Below are positions 13,560-26,522 of a stretch of 64,000 nucleotides of DNA, piece by piece (the first letter of the stretch is position 1; each line of letters opens with the position of its first letter). The notes below the pieces were generated by a model. That model searched no databases, was not told where the DNA came from, and saw only the letters and a program-made list of their open reading frames with translations. The translations under genes and the position numbers were made by a program. The stretch is from Lama glama. Taxonomy: Eukaryota. The stretch spans positions 59,894,001 to 59,958,000 of the forward strand of contig CM052816.1 of assembly GCA_028534125.1 (NCBI GenBank), written 5' to 3'.

Positions 13560-14640
13560 GACACAAAAACATTCTAGAAAGGTACTGTTACAAGAGATTA
13601 TAGTCTTGCAATAGACAAATAAGTTAGTAGAATAAAAAAGAAAGAAGAGAAATAAACCATTTATAAACTGGAGTTTAACATATAACCAAGGTGGTATTTC
13701 AATAAGTGGGAAAAGGTAGCTCATTTCATAAATGGAGCCAAAACAACTGGCTATCCACCTGGAAGAAAATGAATTTGGACTCTTAATTCATACCAAATGA
13801 AAAAATAAATTCCTGATGGATTAAAGACTTACATGTAAAAATGAAAACAATAAAGATCTTTAAAATAATACTATGTGTAGAATTCTAGAGGCAAAGGAGA
13901 CTGATTTGCCCATTCTGGGAACCCAGATACATAAAAAAGTGTATTGCTATCTTTAAATACTTAAAATTAAAAATTCTGTTTGAAAAAGGAACTACACTGG
14001 GGAAAAGTATTTACAACACATATGACAAGCAAATGGGTAATATCTTTAGTATACAAATAACTCTTGTAAATTAACAACAAAAAGGTAAATAATTTAATAG
14101 ATAGTAGGGTGATAGATATAAATATTCAAATGAAAGCAGAATACCAAAAAAACATTCAACCCTGCTGAAGCAACAATGAGATAATTTATATCCATCATAT
14201 TGTCAAAAATAAAGAGTAATAATACCTACTTTTGGCAAGGACTCGAGGAAAATTCTACTAGAGTCTTTTTTGGGAAGTAATCTACAATATTTTTCAAATT
14301 CCAAATATGTATATTGTAACCCATACAATTCAACTCTTGTGAATTTATTCTATAAAAATAATAGCACTAAGATATAAGGGGATATACTGAAGAAGCATTC
14401 AGATGAAGAATTATTTTAGTGAGAAAAACAGAAACAAAGTGAGTGAATATTTATTAAAAGAGGACTGCTTGAATAAATGTCACTACGCTCATAAAATGTA
14501 TTTGGCAGCATTAAAAAGAATGCATTAGATATATACCAGTTAATCCAGAGGGATTTTGCCAGTGTATGTTTCAGCAAAGAAATCAAGATTCAGAGAAGCT
14601 TATGTGATAATGTCTTTTTTTTTAATAAGAAAAAATAATA
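13560..14640 (+). mobile_element. Old L1 (L1ME/MC-like), ORF2 3' end and 3'UTR
   Basis: 'aacaactggctatccacctggaagaaaatgaatttggactc...tggattaaagacttacatgtaaaa', 'aacaatgagataatttatatccatc'. Confidence 0.75.
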
Positions 14641-15432
14641 CTGTGTGTGGATGGATGATTATATCTTTTTCTTTTTTTATAATTAAATAATTAAATAATA
14701 TCTTTATTGACATAATTCACCCTTTCAAAGTACACAAGCATGCCATTCACTTTTATATTTATTTTAAACTTTCATTTAAAACTACCAACAGAAACCTAGA
14801 GCACAGAAGAACTATTTACCCAAGCAGAGGACAGAAGCACAGAAGCATCAGAAGCTTATCCTTTTAGTGCAGGCACAGTTGAAAGATGAAACACCAAACA
14901 TTTGTGCTTACGGGTGCCATGTAGAAATGTTCTTGGGGAAGAAGGTCAAACAACAGGATAGTCAAAATATATTTCACCTCGAGCTTCTTGCTGCTTAACG
15001 TAAATGAAGCTCTCCTTTTCCTGATTATTCCCCCATTGCACGAGCAAAGAATATTAGAAGATCATGGCTAAAAATTTGATTGACAACTCATTCTAGAAAG
15101 ACTTTCTACCTCCTGGAATCCTCTCCTTTCAACAGCTCTACACCAGATGTTCCAGGGAGCACAAATCTCCTCCTCTTGGAGGTGTACAGTGTGGCAATTC
15201 TGACAACATGAGGTTTAAATTCTGAAAATACATCAGCAAATATAAAACTGATGATTTTAAATTTCTCCTTTAATGCATATTTCAATGGAGTTTTTCATCC
15301 TGGAGGTCAAGCTATGAGAAATATCACCCGTAGCAGGAGAAGACTGAAATTTCACTTCTTAGGGATATTTGAGGCTTTAAAAATTCTTGTGGAAAGAGAA
15401 TTTTTGCTAAATTCCTTTGTCTCCTCCTTTAG

Positions 15433-16077
15433 GCCTTTCTCAAAAAAGAAGAACAATCTCAAATAAACAAGTTAACCCACCACCTAAATCAATTAGAAAA
15501 AGAACAACAAAAAGCCCCAAAAAGCAGCAGAAGGAAGGAAATAATAAAGATCAGAGAGGAATTAAATANNNNNNNNNNNNNNNNNNNNNNNNNNNNNNNN
15601 NNNNNNNNNNNNNNNNNNNNNNNNNNNNNNNNNNNNNNNNNNNNNNNNNNNNNNNNNNNNNNNNNNNNNNNNNNNNNNNNNNNNNNNNNNNNNNNNNNNN
15701 NNNNNNNNNNNNNNNNNNNNNNNNNNNNNNNNNNNNNNNNNNNNNNNNNNNNNNNNNNNNNNNNNNNNNNNNNNNNNNNNNNNNNNNNNNNNNNNNNNNN
15801 NNNNNNNNNNNNNNNNNNNNNNNNNNNNNNNNNNNNNNNNNNNNNNNNNNNNNNNNNNNNNNNNNNNNNNNNNNNNNNNNNNNNNNNNNNNNNNNNNNNN
15901 NNNNNNNNNNNNNNNNNNNNNNNNNNNNNNNNNNNNNNNNNNNNNNNNNNNNNNNNNNNNNNNNNNNNNNNNNNNNNNNNNNNNNNNNNNNNNNNNNNNN
16001 NNNNNNNNNNNNNNNNNNNNNNNNNNNNNNNNNNNNNNNNNNNNNNNNNNNNNNNNNNNNNNNNNNNNAAAAAAAAA
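15433..16077 (+). mobile_element. Young 5'-truncated L1, mostly hidden in an assembly gap, with a 54-bp TSD
   Basis: 15433-15567 translates without interruption to AFLKKEEQSQINKLTHHLNQLEKEQQKAPKSSRRKEIIKIREELN (L1 ORF2 post-endonuclease region); A-run after the gap; duplicated flanks 15379-15432 / 16073-16126. Confidence 0.9.
15569..16068. other. Assembly gap (500 N)
   Basis: Run of N. Confidence 1.
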
Positions 16078-19000
16078 TTCTTGTGGAAAGAGAATTTTTG
16101 TTAAATTCCTTTGTCTCCTCCTTTAGCATATAGAGAGCAATCTTGCAAGGTCCAGTTACTCGCCTTCTGTAGAACAGAGATGATATCCCAAGTACACTTG
16201 TTTAAGCCTTAACTAGAGTCAAGAGCAAAAAAAGGGTAAAGGAAAATCCCATTCCTTCATCTTCTTCCTAAAGAAAACAAAGGGAAACTTAGGTGGGGGA
16301 AAGTAGCAGTGGAATGTGCGTTTCCTGACTGCCCCTCCTGGGCTTTGTTCCTAAGGGTGGAGGCCCGTGAGGTAACACAGAAGTCAAGGTGTTCCCCTCC
16401 GGCTGCCAGACACCATCCTGAGCTGGACCCCCAGGACAGGGCGACATGGTAAGATAACTGAGAAGCCCTGAGTTTTGCTCCTTCTTGATCTCAACCCCCA
16501 GAAGTTATGGGGCAAGGCTGGGTGACCTTGCAAAGTCAGGGGAAGGTGAGGCAGGAGGGTGATGCCCCACGGCCCGAGAGAGCTATGAGCAGGGCAAATC
16601 AGCAAGGAGAAGGTGGCCCAGGCTCCACTGGGATTTCCTAAACCAGAAGAAGCCACATACTTTCCAGCTGCAGATATGAAGCCATTAAGGTGAGAGTACC
16701 CTGGGGGCAGGAGACAGTGCCAAGGAGCGGGCTGTTACAAGTCACTGCAGGCGGGCAAGCCAGAGGCCAGGGCCATTTCCTCCCAATGACCCACACACCA
16801 GATGCCACTGAAAGGAGAGAAACCTGGGGAGGAAGAGATTTTCTAAAGACTGAGCATTTTTGTTTAAGAGTCTTTGTTCTACCCAAAAAGAGTGAGTAAA
16901 AGATTGGGACAACAGAAAAACTTTAAACTGCTTTGGGCACTCTGTTAATTTCGGTTTTCCTACTAAATAGCCAGCGACAGGCACAAGAAAATGAAGCTAA
17001 ATCCCAAACAAAAGTAGTTAATTTTCACTACAAAACCAAGGGGTCATGCAAGTTAAACACTCTCTGGCACACCACTGGATCCACCCGCTTTCTCCTGTGC
17101 TGCTCACAGATTTGATCCCTGTGGGCCTCGGGAAACCTCTGCCTGGGCAGCTCTGCACCCTGGCTTGTTTCTGGACTGTCGGCAGGCAGGGTGGGTATGT
17201 AAGAGAAGCAGCTTCAGGGCTAAGAATCCCCAGCACTTATTACTGTCAGAGTGGACATTCTTCTTAACCCACTCCCAGAGAAGATCAGACACAGAAAAAA
17301 ATAATTCTGAAAAATTTTATTATCACATAATGAGCTGTACCTCTTCTCCCTGCCCTCAACTTTGCCATTTCTAGCCTCTTTTCACTTCTCCTTGGTTAGA
17401 CTTTGGGTCTTGGCTAAACCAAGATGTTCTGGGTTTTTTGGGTTTTTTTTTTTTTCTCTTTCTCTTTTCAAACCACAGTAACTCATACAGGAGCCAAACC
17501 CCTTAACTAAAGAATAATTTATGGCAGAGTAACTAGCGTTTAAACAAAATCATTTCAGGGGTCAGAAGTTGACTCCTGAGTGAGGTATGTGGCGGCCTCC
17601 TCCCCAGGCTGGCCTCCTGGGATTATCACATTACCCCGAGGGCCTGTGCCAAGGCCAGAAACAATGCCGCCTGGATCCTCCTCATCCCCTCCACTGCCTC
17701 AGCAGCGCCTGCAGAGCATTGAGGCTCCCTGCTCTAAGGACATGGCCCTGTGGAAGGGCTTGTTTTTCACCAGTAGAAGAGTTACTGAAATGTAAGAGGT
17801 ACAGTTGCCTCAGTGAAGAAAAGCCATGTTGCTTGGATAAGTGATCTTTAAGCACATCATGTGGTTCAACTGAAAGCAACAGGGCTCATCAACAATAGCT
17901 CTAAGAGGTGCTTAGCAAGGCAAGGCCCAGTCAGCACAAGACAGAAGGATGACTCATTAAAGACTCTACACAAATGCTCAGCATGTCCCGTCCATTCACA
18001 TGTTACATGCAGGAGCTGTGGATAATTACACCAAATTCCACTCCTAGGTTACCTTGTCAGCTAGTCAGGTCCAAGGCCAAGGTGCCCAACCCAGGTGTGA
18101 ATAATTCAGAGCTGGCATGTCACCTCGAACCATAGGACCAGAACACCAGCTGGGAAGAGCTTCTAGGGTAGGACTTACAGATCTATGTGCTGGGCTTTCC
18201 TTGAGGCAAAGATGAGCCAGGACTAGCAAAAACTCTGTTTGTTCTTTTTCTATTATGGGGAAATAGATGCTCAATAGAAAATGAGACAGTAAAGAGATCA
18301 CTTCCCTGGGAGATTGGCAGTGAGTGTCAGGACATAGTGTCCGGGCACTGGCTTGAGGGAGAGTGGTTTAGGTGGAGAGGGCTGCTGCTGTGGTTGGAGA
18401 ACCCACGTCCTAGTGATGGCCTGTCCTCCTCCTGCCTTTCCAGGTTATGTGGACCAGAGAGAGCTGTCTGTGTCTGTATGCACAGTGCCAGTGGCTGGTG
18501 CTGCCTGATAGACAATCATGCCCACAGCCTCCAGAATCCTATGTGCCTGTGGGGAGCCTGGGATCTGTGAGCTGAGGGAGCTGATGCGTCTGCACATGGG
18601 ACTCCTTGGGGATGAACTACACTGGCAGAGTGAACAGGCTCGTGAAAATCTCTGTGGTGTGGTAAACTGTGGTTTACTTGGCAAGGCTTCCCTGTATATG
18701 AACGAACTACGTAAGTATCACTCCACTCAACTCAAAAAATACTTCCAGCAGAATTTCCCAAACAGTTTACTAACAGTGCACATTTTGCATTTCAAGAGCC
18801 ATCTTTCCCTTGGAAGGTTATGAGGTATATCAATAATCACTAAAAAAACAAAAAAAAAGTATCACATACGCTTTCCACTGTAACTATAACTATGTAACAT
18901 CTAATACTTTTATCCCAGATAAAGAAAATTAATCTAACACACTCACCTTCTATTTACTATCTCTTCAATTTCAGTGAGAAAAGAAAAGCAGAAATGGAAA

Positions 19001-19896
19001 ACAAATTATTTTTGATTTGAGAGAATTAATATAGCTAAGCAAGTATGCCCTTCTAGAACAGTAATGATAGGCCCCTGCCTGGCTCCAACAACAGACACTG
19101 TTTCAAACGTTATGGCATTTTGCTGATGAACATGCCCCACTGAATTTCTAACCCTTCATTTTCTAAATTGTACTTTTGAAAACTTGACAAGGCTTGTTTG
19201 GTTACTGAATTATATCCTCTTCAGAATTTCTTCTTTCTGAAAGTTTTTTTTTCCCCTTAAAGGGATATTATCCCTGCTTTGTACAGCTTTCTTAATACTC
19301 AGATGTTCTCAATATACTTCACAGCTCCAACCATCCCCAATGGTTAATTTTTACAGCTAAATGATGTATGGCAGAGGCCAATTTCACAATCAGAAGGTGT
19401 TGCCTTCCTAACAATTTACTAGAGAATGAAAGGGAAGCTGATGTCAGAGCAGATCTGACTGAGGCTCTGCATTTTGGTCTGGGGCCTCCACCTCCTTGGT
19501 TTTTCTTAAAAAGGATCAAATCAGATACCAATCCAAAGGTCACACAGCCATCCTCCTGAGAATTTACTGTTTATGCTCAGGAGACAGAAAGGACCACATG
19601 GTACAGAGCCTGTTGCTTCCAACTCCCTGCTGGTCTATATAGAAATTCAACAGAAACCAACTTCCAGGACCAGGAAGGGGAAGTATTTTTTTTTAATATA
19701 AAACTATCTAGTAAACATTTAGGATATGTGTCATATTTATTATCATATTCTGTATGCCACAAATCCCAAAGTTTGGTCCATATTGAGATTTTGGCTGTCA
19801 TTAAGAAGACCACAACTTCCAACAGGAAAGGCCTGCCTCTTGCTTAAAAATCAGTAGATCCCAAATTTCATGACCCCTCAGTCACATTACCCTCCT

Positions 19897-20307
19897 AGAA
19901 TTCTTAACCTGGGGTTCACTTGGATGGGGAAAAAAAATTAGTAGTGGTATCTGTGATTTAGTCAACAGTATAAATTACAGATATTTTTATGTCATGTTGT
20001 AACTCTACATGAAGAGGAATTATTCATGCTGTGTTCAAATCAGGTAATTTTTGTAAAACTCACTGATAGACATTGTTTAAAGTTTATTTATAAAAAGGCA
20101 ATTTATAAAAAAGGCAATTTTATTACTGTATTACAGATTTTAAAATATTTTGGTAATTGCATGACACAAGAATCTACACATTTTACTTTACGCATTTAAC
20201 TTTTTCTGAAAAAATAAGTTAACATTATTCTGAGAGAGAATCCCCAGGCATTGCCAGACTGCTGAAGGAGATGGTGGCATACATACACACAAAAGCTAAG
20301 AAATCAC
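19897..20307 (+). mobile_element. hAT-Charlie element (Charlie4-like)
   Basis: Termini 'ttcttaacctggggttca' and 'aacattattctgagagagaatccccaggcattgccagactgctgaagg...aaaagctaagaaatc'; family name from memory. Confidence 0.65.
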
Positions 20308-21261
20308 ATACCAAGCCTACATGATGGGTGGCCCAGGTGATAAACGGAGAAAGGCTTGAAGGAAACTAGGGAAAAAGAGTACCTGCTTAGTTAGTAATGT
20401 CGGCCATGCAGGATGGGGGACTACAGGAATGTGCACTGTGTATTTGCTATTCCTAACTCCAAAACTATTGGGCAACATTTACACATTTGTGGGGGGAAAA
20501 AACAGTGAGCTGCAGCACAGTTCAGTTATCATAAGTAAATGCTAATTTCTTTCAACCACTAACTATTGTCAGACATTCTCTAGGCAAAATTAATGCAGCT
20601 AATTCCATTGTTAGGAGAGTTTTAAAACCCTACAAAATGCTTTTTTATTTTGAAGCCAATCCAGGGACAACAGTCTACAACAATTTTTCTCCTTTCATAG
20701 AAATATATATATATACATATATTTTTTTTTTAAATCTCACCTAAGGCTTCAAATTGAGAAACCCTTATTTTTGGATGGGCTGCCCCCAATCTTGTTACAC
20801 ATATTTTTGCCATTTTGTGCTGCCAGTGACTGAAGTCTCATAGTCATTTCTAATATAAAACCTTCTCAATGTTTGTTTCAAAATCCCTATAGTGGGGAAG
20901 TCACCTATTAAATCACTCCTTTGGCAGAGAGAGCGATGGCCATGTGGTCTGGAATGGAGGACTTAGCATTCCCAAGGAGTAGTTAAGGAGAATCCAGGTA
21001 ACTGAAGTAATTAGAGGCACTTGCAAATTGAAAGCATTTTTGCTACATTTCTTGACCAAGCAGAGGCCCTTTTGCTGATTTAAGAAAGAAAAAGTTGGGC
21101 ACTTGAAAATGTAATATACAGAAAACCAAAAAGGTACAGGTTAGGGAGTGGTTCGTACTAGAAAGGATCGTTAGGAATTGGGAGCTGGGGCTTTCAGAAA
21201 CTTAAGGCCCAACGAGAAATGACTTGTGAAATTTATAGCAGTATGTATCTGCATCTTATTA

Positions 21262-21465
21262 CGTCCTTCACTCTTCTTTTCCACCTCGTACTCCTCCTCT
21301 TCTCTTGTCCCCACTATTTTCTCCTCTGAATTTCCCTCTTCCTCGTCTTTGCTTCTCCATTTCTTGCCCTCTCCCGCCCCTCTCTCCCTAATATTGTCTA
21401 GCTTTTTCTCCAATCTCCACTTCTGTTCTTTCCTCCTTTAATTTCTGTTTTTTTCTCTCCTTCCT
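21262..21465. repeat. CT-rich low-complexity polypyrimidine tract
   Basis: About 200 bp strongly biased to C/T on the + strand. Confidence 0.85.
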
Positions 21466-21529
21466 GAAGCCCTACAAGAAAAATCCCACTTGTAAAAAGG
21501 AAGTAGTCAAAAAATCTCTCAGGTTGTAG

Positions 21530-22120
21530 CGTCTGCATGACGTATCATTCCCCATTCTTTTGCTTTCAAACTCCCTATGTCTTTACATGTGACGTGTCGC
21601 CTGTTAATAGCATATATTTGGGTCATGCATATGTGAGCACAAATGCATTTTAATCCATTGTAGTAATCTCTTTTAACTGGAATGTTTAGACCACTTACAG
21701 CAAATGTAATTATTGATAAAGTCAGGATTAGCTCTACAATTTTGCTATTGTTTTCAAATTATCTAATCTGCTCTTTGATCTTTTAATCTCTCGTACTTCT
21801 TCAAATTAAGGAAGTATTGTTATTATTCATTGTTATTTCTTTGATTGGCTTTTAGCTATATCTTTTTGTGTTATTTTTAATGGTTACACTGGAGGTTAAA
21901 ACATGCACATACAACCTATTAGAGTTTACTCTGAATATTTTATGATTATCACAAACACTGTTTTCACCAATCCCTCTGCCTTTTACTATTGTTGTCATAT
22001 ATTTAACTTCTACATTTGTTTTAAACCTCACAATGCACTGTTATTTTGTTGTCCATCTTTTTTTAACTGACTTTAATGTTCCCCCACATATATATCCTAT
22101 CTGGTACTTTTCCTTCCTTG
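21530..22120 (-). mobile_element. Old L1, inter-ORF region plus ORF2 endonuclease N-terminus (inverted part)
   Basis: The minus strand gives LSIITFAVSGLNIPVKR...HDPNICY*QAT...KDIGSLKAKEWGMIRHAD, homologous to the L1 EN N-terminus. Confidence 0.8.
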
Positions 22121-22121
22121 A

Positions 22122-23315
22122 GAACATAGTTTCAAAACACACAAAGCGAAACCTGATCGAGTGCCAAGATAAATAGACAAACCCATAAATTAAGTTAGAT
22201 ATTTCAATACCCTCCTTCACAGTAAATGACAAAACAAGGAGACAGAAAATCAGTAAGGATACAGAAGACTTAATAGCATCAACCTAATAACCACATATAG
22301 AACACTCCATTCAATATGCACAAGTACAGTCTTTTCAAGTGTACACAAGATATTTAATAAAATACGCATTATTTTGTGCCACAAAACAACTCTAAATAAA
22401 TTTTAAAGGATTCAAGGTGTACATACTATGTACTTTGACCACAAAGGAAATGAATCAGAGATCAATAACAGAAAACTGTCTAAAATAACACATTTCTAAA
22501 TAACCCATGGGCCGAATAAGAAATGAAAAGGGAAGCTAGAATGTATCTTGAACTGAAAAAGTTTATTATGCACAAAGTAAGCAGAGGAAAGGAAAAAATT
22601 TAGATCAGGACAGAAATCAATGAAATAGAAGAGAAATATAATAGAGAATATCAGTGCACCCAAAAACTGATTATTTAAGAAAGTCAATTAAATAGCTAAA
22701 CCTCTATTCTACTAATCAAGCAAAAATTTGAGAAAAGATACAAGCTGCCAATATCAGGAATGGGAAAGGTGACATCATTACAGATTCTACAGAAATTAAA
22801 AGAATAATAAAGGACAATCATAAAAAAAAACTTCATACCAACAAATTTGACAACTAAATAAAATGATCAAATTCCCTGAAAGACACTAAATATCAAAGCA
22901 CACTCAAAAAGAAATTGAGAATATCAGTCTCAGCTTAAGCATCAGCTTAAGAAACTTAGTAATTAGGAACCTTCTTACAAAGAAAATTTCTGGGTCATGT
23001 GGCTTCACTAGTGAATTCTACAAAACACTTAGGGAATAAATAAATATCAGTTCTTCCCCAGCTCTTCTAGAAAACTGAAGAGAAGGAAACAATTCCAAAC
23101 TAATTCTATGAAGCCAGAATTATCTTTATATCAAAACAAGATAGACATCACAAGAAAAGAAAACTACAAATCAATATTCCTAATGAGGATACAGGCAAAA
23201 GTTCTTAACAAAATTTTAGCTGATTGAATCTAACCACATATAAAAAGGATAATACATAATGACCAACAAGGGTTGATTCTAGCAATGCAAAGTTAGTTAA
23301 TATTCAAAAATCAAT
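22122..23315 (+). mobile_element. Old L1 ORF2, endonuclease C-half to start of RT
   Basis: 'gatatttcaataccctcc...gacagaaaatcagtaaggatacagaagactta', 'ggcttcactagtgaattctacaaaaca', 'aattctatgaagccagaatta'. Confidence 0.9.
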
Positions 23316-23590
23316 CAGTTAAACTCCCAGTTGTAAAATAAATGTCATGAGGATATAATGTACAGCATGGTGACTGTAGTTAATAATACCATATTGCATG
23401 TTTGAAGGTTGTTAAGACAGTATATCTTAAAAGTCCTAATCACAAGAAAAAAGATTTTTTTAACTATGTATGCTGACAGATGTTAACTAGACTTACTGTG
23501 ATCATTTTGAAATGTATACAAATATCAAATCATAATTTTGCACATTTGAAACTAATATAATGTTATATGTCAATTACACCCCAATTAAAC
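23316..23590 (+). mobile_element. L1MA9/10-like 3' end
   Basis: 'gatataatgtacagcatggtgactgtagttaataatac...gaaactaatataatgttatatgtcaattacacc'. Confidence 0.8.
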
Positions 23591-23604
23591 ATTTTTTAAT
23601 CAAG

Positions 23605-24760
23605 AAAAATATCTTACTGTGATAGAAATTCAGTCTGACTACTTTTGGGAGTGAGGACATGCCTGAGTGGAAGCACAAGAGGTGTTTCTGGGAGAAGCTG
23701 GTAATGTGTGTATCTTGATCCAGGGGATTACAAAAATGCATGAATAAAAGGAAGAGAATGGTTTCAATTAAGACAATCAATAACGAAAAGTAAATGGGTG
23801 TTATTCACAGGTGAAAAACAATAAATTTATTCTGGCTCTTTTCAGAGACCATTAATTAAAAAAAATACTTTTGTATTTGATGTCACAAAAACAAACTTCT
23901 ATGTAAAAAATACTCTGAATAATTGAAAAGATAAATGATACACTAGTTCTAAAAAATTTCAAGATATCTTTAATGATCTTCCTACAAGTAAATATAAAGG
24001 TGGACATAATCACAGAAAAAATAGACATTGACTGTGTCCATAAAATTCAGAAAATAAAAAATAGATATAGGTCAATCAACTTATGAAAATTATGTTTATT
24101 AAAGAAGGAATTAATTATAAAACATAACAATACACCATTTCAGCATATCAAAATGCTACAGATTTTTAAAAGATAGTATATTTACAAGTAAGGGAACAAA
24201 ATGGTCTCACATTGCTGATGAGAGAATAAACTGGTACAACTTTCTGGATAATAATTTGCAGAAGTCTTAAAAAGATGAAATCATTTTAATACATAAATCC
24301 TTTGTAAAGGAATTTATTCAAGAAAAAATAAATACATGCACAAATAATCACTATAGTGAAATTATTAAGTGAAAAAGATAGCAAAGGAATTTATGCAGGA
24401 AATTCCTTTTCAGAAAACTGCATTTACATGTATATAAAAATACCTGAAGAGAACAAACTAAAATGCATATAAAGATAATACCTGGGGGAAGGGAGTATGG
24501 TTGAATTGCAATTTTGTTCAGTTTTTTCTATTTACATGTTTTAATTTAAAGAACATTTGGTTTCTTTAAAATTCTATAATGACTCAATTTATATTTTTGA
24601 AAATAATAAGTACATTTACGTGAAATATATATAGAAAATGACTCTGAAGAAAATTACCACAATATTAACTGCAATACATAGTGCAATGATAGAATGTGGG
24701 ATATTAATTCCTTTAATATTTTTTTCCTACAATGAGTATGTATTTCTTTTTATAATAAAA
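23605..24760 (+). mobile_element. Highly decayed L1ME-type fragments
   Basis: A-rich; 'tctcacattgctgatgagagaataaactggtacaactttctgga' and similar L1 3' motifs. Confidence 0.55.
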
Positions 24761-25599
24761 AAGGACTAATTTTTTTTTAATAAATGAGGAATTTAGTGAA
24801 GTACCAATAGAAAGTATATAATCATAAACATGCATTTCAGTTAGGCAAAGCAAGAGAGTCCACCATGGAAAATGATAACTAAAAATGTTCATTTAGAAAT
24901 AGTTAAATTAAAAACAAATAACATAAGGACATAAATGAGGAAAAATCCATGAACAGAAAGGCCTCAATGATTCCAGTGCTGACCTACAGCATTGCTAACT
25001 GGGCTATTTCTTTGAATAATCCAATTAGGTTCAGTTAGTTGAAAATATTTAGAAGACTAAAAAAAATCTCCAGGGTAGCAGATCAGTTTCCCTCTCAGGA
25101 GTTAAGGAGAGAGACCCTTTCATACTTTTCTTGAGGACACTAACACTTTCTTGAAACTCAGATGTCCAAGGTATCTAGACCAGAATTGTTTGGTCTTTGA
25201 GCTCCCAGGAATAATCTAATTTTGTCTACTGCACCATTTATTATTGAAATTTTTGAGACAGAATTCTGGCCATTTTATAATTAAACTGGCAAAACTAACC
25301 TAATTCTCTGGTTGTACATTGGTAAGAAAAGCCTGCAATAACTTTCTCCTGATAAATCCTCAATTTTAGAACTCATTTGGAACTTGATGACACTCAGACT
25401 GAAAGACCCAATTCTCTAATTTTACTCTAATATGTGATGAAATGTGGCTATGAGAAATGGCTTATCTAACCCATGGATGAATGAAAACAACATTGTCATG
25501 TGGTGACTCGAAAGCTGTCTTAAATTTAGAGTATATTTCAGAGAATGGTGGTTAGAAAAAGCTCTACACACAATGAGACTTTATCTTGTTTCTCTAGAT

Positions 25600-25766
25600 C
25601 AGTAGTTTTCAAAGTGTGGTCCTTAGAATAGCAGCACTGTTAGAAATGCAAACTCTTGGGCTCCCCTCTACTAGTGAATCAAAAACTCTAGGGTTAGGGC
25701 ACTGCAATCAGCTATTTAACAAACCCTCTAGATGATTCCAATGAATATCAAGTTTGAGAACAACTG
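25600..25766 (+). mobile_element. MER5A hAT DNA transposon
   Basis: Terminal inverted repeats 'cagtagttttcaaa' / 'tttgagaacaactg'; internal 'tgttagaaatgcaaactcttgggc'. Confidence 0.9.
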
Positions 25767-26522
25767 TTCCAGGTGATTTTTAATATAGATCCTTAAAGAC
25801 CTACTTAGAGAATAGAACAACATGATGGCTATAGGAAGTTTTCTCCCATGATAATAAATGTGTGGCAATTTTACAGCATCCTTTATCATTTATTATGTCT
25901 GAAAGGTGAAAATTCCACCTTTATCAGAATTCTTATCAACATAGTGACATTTCATAAGATAAACCATATGTCAGTGTGTTTCTGTTTAACACAGAATATG
26001 GAGAAGACAGCAAAATCCTATTAAAAGAAACTTGCTCTTATTCATGTTCCATTACACAATGTTATCTAATACCCCTGTGTCCCCCACATATGTTCATTCA
26101 GTTGGACTCATGCTAACACCAAAGCTCTAAAATCTTGGTATCCATCAACACTAATGTAATAAGAATGCTCTTCTATCATTACCACACAGCTTAAAAATTA
26201 GAGTTAATATTATCTCATCGAGCAGCTCATTAGTAAGATGACAGAATTAAAGAATTTGGGGGTATACATTTCGAAAGGTAACAGAAATCTGCAAATTATC
26301 AATTTAGCTGTGTTGAGTCTGCATTCTATAGCCAGGATACCTTCTAGAGAAGAGAACTGCTTTCATGCAAAGTAGTGAAATTTGATGAGAGACTCATGCC
26401 CATTTCTAATTATACAGGAAAATTATATCAGCAGGGATGATTAATAAAGCCATTTTGTCCCAGAATAATCTCTGGGATCTTCAGAAAATTTTACACATAC
26501 TCTTTTTAATCTTTAAGCAGAT

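Noticed and set aside
14790..15378. Possible processed pseudogene, or a minus-strand exon at 15110-15221, at the L1 landing site
   Set aside because: All frames contain stops, no parent protein was recognised, and the donor (gtagaa) is weak
15417..16133. 238-aa and 192-aa ORFs in the ORF track
   Set aside because: Artefacts of reading through 500 N; the real coding remnant is L1 ORF2 in a different frame
21171..21441. E/K-rich and S/L/F-rich ORFs
   Set aside because: Translations of the CT-rich low-complexity tract
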